A DNA stretch of 64,000 nucleotides from Vicugna vicugna (lineage: Eukaryota). The stretch is taken from assembly GCA_013265495.1 (NCBI GenBank), contig MU062317.1:1054001-1118000 (forward strand). The letters run 5' to 3'. The notes below the pieces were generated by a model, which had not been told where the DNA came from, did no database searches, and worked only from the letters and a program-made list of their open reading frames with translations. Each line of letters begins with the position of its first letter. The first letter of the stretch is position 1. Below are positions 56,933 through 64,000 of this stretch, one piece after another. Both the position numbers and the translations under genes were made by a program.

Positions 56933-59900
56933 CCGTGCAGATACACCAACACAGGAGAAGCAGAAACCCAGGCAGCACTGAGTTTTCCAAGAAAACAAAG
57001 GCAGGAGTGGATGAGCGTATGGACCAGGCCGGGGAGGCCCGATCACCCGGCCTCCTGGCCGGGGCCCTGGGCTGTCGGGGTGCGAAGAGCCCTCTGGGTT
57101 GGATGCGAGGACATGAGGGCGTCCCCAGACGGGACACGACAGGAGGACCTGGTGTCTGTCCTGAAAAAGTACTGCATGGCTTGCCGAGCCGTGGGCTTCC
57201 AGCGCCCCCTTCTCTCCAGACCACCAGCCCAGGAAAGACCAGCGGAAGAGCTTGAGCGCGGGGAGCGTGGGCCCCGGCACAGGGCCTGGGACGGCTCGCA
57301 GTCCAGTGCAGGAACGGCTCACACAGGCAGAGATGCTGGGTAAAGCCATCACTATGCGGCTTTCTGTCAAGGCAAAAGTCTTTGTTTTCGGTGACCAGCG
57401 CCTTATCTGTGACCCTGAAGCCTCCGCAGCACATACCCCTGTCTGTGGGCACGTCTGCAAAGGAAAAGCGGAGAGCTCCTGGCTGGATGGACAGGGAAGG
57501 AGGGGCTGGGGAGCCAGGCCTGGAGCCGGGCAGCCCCCTGCTCCAGGCCCACGAGCCCCCTCCAGGAGGGCCGAAGGGGCCCACGGAGCCTGCTGGCACC
57601 GCTGCAGCTCCTGGGATGCCCACGCTGCCGACAGGAGTGCCGTGAGGGGGGCGGGCATGCCTGGACTGGGAGCCTGTGGGCAGCCACCTCCGTGATGGCG
57701 GCTAGAACTGGGGCCAGGGCTCTCAAGCAAGGGACCTGCCCGGGACCCAGAGAGGACCACTGGCCCCCCAGTGTCTTGCCCCTGGCTTCCCCAGGCCCAC
57801 CCGCCCCTTCCAGCCCAGGAGCCGAATCTCTTGCTGCAGGAAGCTTCCGGGCAGCACAGCCCAGGGCTGTGTGGTGGCTTCCGCCTTTTGCAGACAGCTG
57901 CTGGTCCAGAGGGGCAGGTGGGCCACTTGCCCCCACTCTGCTCACCCGAAGAGAAAGCCTCGCAGGGCTCTGAGCGCCGAGGCCCTGGAGGCTTTGTGGG
58001 GAAGTCACTGGGTGCGGTCCTTCCACTCCCTGGTGGCCGCACATGGAGCTGAGGCTCCGGGGCCTCCACTGGGACAGCAGCGTGGGGCTGCAGTGCTGTC
58101 CCCTGCTGCGGGGTCTCCGGCGGGGAGTTGGTGCTGCTCTGGGGGCTCCCTGCTGGGCTTCAGGCGAGAAGAAGATGGCAGGAGCCTCGCTGGGCCAGGG
58201 TCTCACCGCCCCGGCGGGGCCACGCGGCAGGGTCTGCGGGCCTGCCGGCCGCTCCCTGCTTCCTGGGGCCGTAGGAACCAGGCCTCATGGGCTCACAGTT
58301 TTTCTGGTTAAGCTGCTTACCTCCCACGTGCTGGGGCCACAGCCAATATTTTCAGGTCTTACAGAGTCTTCCTTCCACTTTCTGATTGATGCTCCTGCGG
58401 ATGGGTTTTATGTGAAACATTCTCCAAGCTCCGTGCGAGATAAAAGGCCTGCCCCGGCCCCCACCCCGCCCCGCAGCGGGGTGCAGTGCCTCCCTCCCCC
58501 TCATAGATCTTCATAAAGCTCCACTTCCACTTCCTGGCCGGCTGGCCTCCTGCACGGGCACAGGGTGGTGGCTGCACTCTGCCGGGGCCACCTCGCCCTC
58601 CTCTGCCAGGACCCCAGCCTGGAAGGAGGGGGCACACGGGGTGCCCCCAGTTCCTCCTCCGCCTGCAGACCGTGCAGGGCGCTGCTGTCCCCGCGGGTGG
58701 GCGACGCCTCCACCTGGTCCTGCGGCAACTACCGCACATTGTTGGCTCGGAGATGCACTGGCCAGAACAGGGGCCGCTTCCGCTGCACAAAGAGGGCCCT
58801 GAACAAGGGTGCGTGCTCCCTCCCATTTGCCCCCTTCCCGGGCCCTCCCCATCATCCTCTCACTCAGAGCCAGGGCCAGAGCCAGCCTGCGGCAGCTGGG
58901 CATCCCTCCTGCTTAGCGCCCCCGTCCGGCCCACGTGGGTCTGTCCTCTGTGCTCCAGGCCCCTAGCAGGCTCAGACGCCCTGCTGAAGGGGGGGCAGGG
59001 TCCGACTCCCTGAGTCGCTGGTGGCCCCTGACACTCTGGTGTGAATTTCCAGCGACAGCCAGGCTGTGAGCCTGGAGTCTGGGCCGCCCCGGCTCCTGTC
59101 GGAACCTCCAGGGCCCGCTTGGCCCAGCGGAGAGCTGCTGCTTGGTGAGCAAGTGTTAAGTAAGCAGACTGGACTGTAAGGTCCCTTTGGGCAGAGCAAG
59201 GGAGGTAAACATCTCTCCATCCGTGTCCCCACCCCTGGCACGCAGGGTTTGTGTGTGAAATGTCCAGTCTAATCAGTGGGGAGGGGAGAAGGCTCTGGAA
59301 GCCCCCACCCCACCAGTCCCCCCCAGGGTGTAGGGCGGCCTTGGGCCCAGGCTGGCCTGGGTGGCCTGCAGAACGGACCTCACTGTGCAGGCCTGTCCCG
59401 GGGAGGCTGCAACCCGTGTGCAGCCCCTGCCCCGCCTCCCCACGCCTCCCTTTAACTGGGCCCAGCAGTTCCACATTCGAGCCGGGTCGGTGCTTGTTTG
59501 GGCTGGCGGAGCCCGCCCCATCCCCACGACCCCGGCTTGCATAACTGCGAGGGATCCACTTACTTGGGCTGACGCCTCTCAGCAAAGGCCTGACCCGGGC
59601 GGCCGCGGTGGGCAGACCAGCCTCTAGCGCTCCCTCCTTCCCAGGCGTGGGGTGGAGTCTCCCGAAGTGGCCCCTGACCCCGTGGGCAGGCTGGTAGCCG
59701 CGGACAGAGCTCCCAGCTCTGGGGACCAGGAGCGGTCACCTCTGACCAGAGTTGGCCAGCTCAGGGGGCGGCAGGCCGCAGGGCTGCCTCCACCCTCTGA
59801 CCGCATCTCTGTCCAGCGTCATCCCTGGCCCTGCCAGCACCGCGGGCCTCTGATCAGGAGACTGCAGTGGGGGAGGGAGCAGGGCCCAGAAGTGCTCTGC

Positions 59901-62900
59901 CCGTTGTCCCTGTCGCAGGCCAGTGCCCTCCCCAGCTGCTCCCTGTGCACCCACCGAAGGCCCCCAGGGGCCCTGGATGAGGCCCAGCTGCCCATGGGGG
60001 ATGTCCCGGGGTCCCCGGCCCTTACAGTCCCACCACCCTCTCCCTTCAGCTGCTGCCGCCAAAAGGTGGGGCGAGGGAAACAGGAGATCTGAATAATGGG
60101 AGAAAATTATTATGTCTTCGTGCGAGCTGGAGCCAAGCCCTGTTCCCGGCGAGGGTGATAACCGGGGCACGCAGTGTCTAGCGTTTCTGAGCCCCGAGCC
60201 AGGGCCGGCCGTGACAACAAGTGCATTGTTCCCTGTGTCGGGCATTGCTACCGGGTGGCAGGGCCCCAGACACCCAGCACCCATACACACGGGAAACCGG
60301 GCCGATGAGGAGCTGGGCGTCACCAGACACGAGCCGCAGTGGGGCCGAAAGCAGCGGAGGCGGGAACCGTGCCTGCTGCCGACAGTGCTGCGGGGTGGCC
60401 TGGGGACAGCGCTGCCCGGGGCTGCGATAGAGGCTGTGACAGGTGGGAGGCTCAGGGGCGCCCTTGGAGTGGGGAAGAGGTTTGCATTTTTAGCAAACCT
60501 GTGAGGCTGGCACTGGCTCTGGCCCCCCTGCCTGAGAGCAGGTGAGGGGCCCAGGAGCCTGGGGCCTGTCCTAGGAGGTCGCCTCTTGGGACAAGAGCTG
60601 GCGTCATGCCAGGCCCCACACCCAGTCTTCCAGGGAGCCGATTCCCTGCAGCAGGGTCTCCAGCACCTCCACCAGCACCCCCGCTGCCAGAGCCCCCGGG
60701 ACCTGGCGGGGCTGGGGGCACCGCCCCTCAGGGCCCACCAGCCAGCCAAGCACCACTGAACCCCAGCCCGCCGAAGCGCCTGCCTGTGGTTCCCACTCAG
60801 ACCGCCCCCCCTCCCCACCACCGAATGTTCTAGGAGCAGTGGGAAGAGCAGAGCCTCGCACCCTTAGCCCGCCCCGCCCTCCCTCCTGCCCGCCCTGGGG
60901 TCGGTCAGGGGAGCCTGGCTCTCAGTCCCTGCTGGGCCCGCCCTGAGCCCCGGACTCTGTGCCCACCTCCTCCTCTTGTGGCTTCAAACACACTTGTTCC
61001 TTCGAGGACAGGCGCCCGCTCTGCCCGGTGCCCGGGACAAGACAGCCACCTGCAGCAGACGCACTCCTGGGAGCACGGCCTCTCTGTGCCGGCACCGGGC
61101 AGGCAGGGGAGGAAACTGAGGCCCCACCCAGGCCTCGGCAGGACGGTCCGGCTCCTGCCTGAGGCCCTGGGCTCTCCTGCCCCCAGGACCTCGGGCTCTG
61201 ATGTCATCTCCCAGAAGCACCAGTTTTGTGCAGTCCCCACAGGCCCCCCACAGCCTCGGCCCCCAGGAGGCGAGTGGACTCCCGGCTCGGCCCCTCTGCG
61301 GCACCCCTCCACGTGCCATCCCGCGGAGCCAGGGTGCTGGGCCGCACGCACGCGCCTGCACTGCCAGGGGGGCCGCCGCCCAGCCACGCACACGAGTCCA
61401 GAAGCCGGGGCTCCAGGGCACCACACCGACCCTTCTCCTTTGGGCCTCGGGCAGCCTGAGAGTCCAACACGTGTCTTTTGAGCGTCGAGGCCATCAGCCA
61501 CCTCTGCCCACAGGTACCTGGCTGGGGCCCCAGTGCTCCCCTCAGAGAACTGCCCGGCTCCTGTGCCTTCAGAGGGGTCAGACAGGGCGGGGGTGTCGGG
61601 GGTGTCCTGTGTCCTAGGGGAGGGTCCTGGCTTTGTGCGTTGGCCTCCAGCCCCCTCCCCGTGGCTTGGGCTCCACCAGCAGCCCCCATTCTCTCCTTAT
61701 CTGTGTTGGATTCCTGGAGGGTGAGTCTAAACTCTTAAGCGCCCGTAAATCCCCTCTCGTGTGGAAGTCAGCAAGCTGGATAATATTCGAACTGTCAACA
61801 CTTACACCTCATTTGTTTACCAGTTCCCGTGCCGGCAGGGGGCCTGGGACCCCGCCACCCTGTGGCCAGAGGAGCCCGTTCCTGCGGTCCTCGGGGAAGG
61901 GCAGGGGTGGGGGAACACGGCAGGGTGCAGGTGCGGATTCAGGGCCCGAAGGCATCCCCTTGCCCCAACTCAGCTGCTGGCTGTCCGGCCTCAGGCCCTG
62001 GCTCCGCCCAGGCAAAGGACGGCGCGGAGGCTCAGCCTGTCCAGCCCTGCTCGCCTCCTCCAGGCAGAAAGCTGGCGCCCCTTCCAGTGGCCGCTCTGCC
62101 AGAAGGCCCTGGAGAGAGTGTCCCGGCAGGCCTTCAAACCTCAGGGCAGAGTCTAGGGGCACAGCTGAGGGCAGGAGGGGTGCCGAGCCAGGGGCGGCTG
62201 GACCCCAGCAGTTCCGTGCTTCTCAGGCTGGATGGCCCCGGTCCACGCAGGTGTGCGGCCACTGCACACGGAGGGAATCGCTCACGGTTCTGGTGCCGCC
62301 CCGACTTCGGGGGCTGGGAGGCATGTGTGGAGCCTGCTGGCTGCAGGACTTGGACACCCCCACCCTGCCCCTCCCGGGCTCCGGTGGCTGTAGAGCGAGT
62401 GAGCCTTTCACGGCACGTGGTAGGGTGGTCCAGGTACCCGCCTCTGCTCACTGCCTGCCCCCGCAGCCCCAGCAGCCGTGTCTGCTAGAACAGCATGTCT
62501 GCTCCCCGCGGAGCCCACGGCACATGGATCGCTGCCTAGAACTTGGGGGCCTCTCCCCCTGCCTCTGTGGGATGAGTGAGTGATGAGTGATGAGCTGTGG
62601 TCCCAGCTGTGGGGACCAGCCTTCCCACATCTAGGAAGCACTTTGAGGATGAAGCTCCCTGGGGCTGGGGGCACGTCCTGGGGGGAAGGGGAGGGAGGCC
62701 AGGCTCCCCCGGCCCCATGTGTCTGCGTGTGGGCTGCCTCCCCTCCGTCTCCCTGCAGGAGCCTGCAGCCCCGTGCCCCAGGCCTGCCCTGATGGAGGGG
62801 AGGTCTCCTGCTCTCCTGAATTCGGGCTTGGTCACAGGGGCCCGTGGGGGGCTGAGCCCCGGGCTCTCCTGGGCTCCCTCCTCCCAGCAGCCAGGAGGGA

Positions 62901-64000
62901 GACATGAGACAGCTGTGAGTCTGGGGCTGAATTCTGTCCTCCCAGGCGAGCGGAGCTGGGCCCGGGTGAGGGGATGGGGTGGCGGTCCCACTCATTGGTT
63001 GATAGCCACTTTGTGCCTGGACACTGGCTGTCCAGGGGAGGGCCCGCACCTGGCACACCTCTGGGGACCGTAGGGCCCCTGTCAGTGAGGCCGCGGTCGC
63101 TGGCGCTCACCCTTACAGGCGGCTGGGCTGTGTCCAGGGCTGGCCCTGGAGACCCTCACTGCGGAAACCGTGGACTCTGGGGCAGGCAGTGTGGCACAGA
63201 GCTCAGGGGGTACTCCTGGTGGAGGCTCTGTCACCCGACCTGGTCCAAGGCCAGGACCCCCTGTGCCAACGTGTAGCCATTGTGGCTTTGGGCAGAAGCC
63301 TGAATTAGATCGCAGGGAGCCTGCTGGTGACCAGTCCAGTGTGGGAGAAGCATTGTCAGGGTGCGGGGCTGCACCGGCCTCTCAAAGGTGGGACAGGTGA
63401 CCCGCCACCTGGAAGGTAGGGAGCCTGGGGTACTCCGGGCACTTCCAGGCGTGTCTGCAGACGTAGCCTCGTGCCTCGGCGGGCCCAGTGGATGTCTTGT
63501 CTGCACTTGGCCCCACCGCTAGGACCGGCTGTGAATTCAGGGGCCTCTGCTCCGGGTGGCGTGGCCCTGGGAAGTCACACCTGTCAACCTCAGTCCTTTC
63601 TGCTTCCTCTGCGGGGGGCTGGCGGCCTCTCGTTCGTACTCTGCCCAATTGTACCCTCAGCCCGGCCCACAGAGAAGGGTCCCTGCTCCTGCAGGACAGA
63701 GGCACAAGGGACGTCTCGCTCTCCAGCTCAGGCCACATTGTCCTCATGGACAGGCACAGTGGTCGTCACAGTTTCCACACTGTCCACAATGAGGCCTGGG
63801 TTTTGGCCAGGGGGTGAAGGGTCCTTGAGCATCGGGTCCTCCAAAGCAACTCCTTCACAGTGGCCCTTCCTCCGCGAGGCTCGCAACGCCTCCATCAGAG
63901 GCCGGGCTGCTGGAGACCCTGGCGGGAGACGTGCCCCCAGATCCCCACCAAGGCCCAGGAGCTGGCCACGCCATGGGCTGGCTGCCAGGGTGTCTAAGCA

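Noticed and set aside
57025-57062. GC-rich inverted repeat GGAGGCC...GGCCTCC
   Set aside because: A short stem that is expected by chance at this GC content.
56918-60821. Long ORFs of 383 aa (56918-58069) and 361 aa (59736-60821)
   Set aside because: Low-complexity GC-driven translations with overlapping ORFs in several frames and no recognisable homology.
1-64000. Known miRNA clusters (let-7 TGAGGTAGTAG, miR-200 family TAATACTG) that would identify a miRNA-host locus
   Set aside because: Not found by eye on either strand. The locus is therefore left unnamed; a BLAST search is needed.
1-64000. CRISPR arrays, prokaryotic operons, rRNA or intact transposons
   Set aside because: There are no regular repeat-spacer arrays, rRNA-like segments or intact ORF1/ORF2. 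The sequence is mammalian with only decayed repeats.

Overview
Mammalian, GC-rich, non-coding window with six N-gaps (20761-21052, four in 26505-27732, 43936-44075). No protein-coding exon, intact RNA gene or known miRNA hairpin is recognisable; the many ORFs in the track look like GC-rich or antisense-L1 artefacts. Three tRNA-Ala-derived SINEs resemble the camelid Vic-1 family, suggesting an alpaca/llama/camel genome (inference). The centre is a partly unsequenced CpG-island promoter (about 25.4-28.7 kb) with outward-facing YY1-like/ATG motifs and + strand splice donors, flanked by two smaller CpG islands and several AT-rich enhancer-like blocks. The gene it drives cannot be named, and a first coding exon could lie in the gaps. 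From 36.9 to 52.2 kb lies a field of ancient L1, L2, MIR and MaLR fossils. The most striking signal is several 70-550 bp patches in these normally AT-rich fossils where A/T has been replaced almost one-way by G/C, creating new CpG-rich patches. This fits intense focal GC-biased gene conversion, a known process. Other leads are a tRNA-like Pol III A/B-box element, a recursive-splice-like site, and splice signals around an unsequenced gap. I found no firm evidence of a wholly new biological system. All repeat assignments and alignments were done by eye against consensus sequences recalled from memory, so boundaries and counts are approximate.
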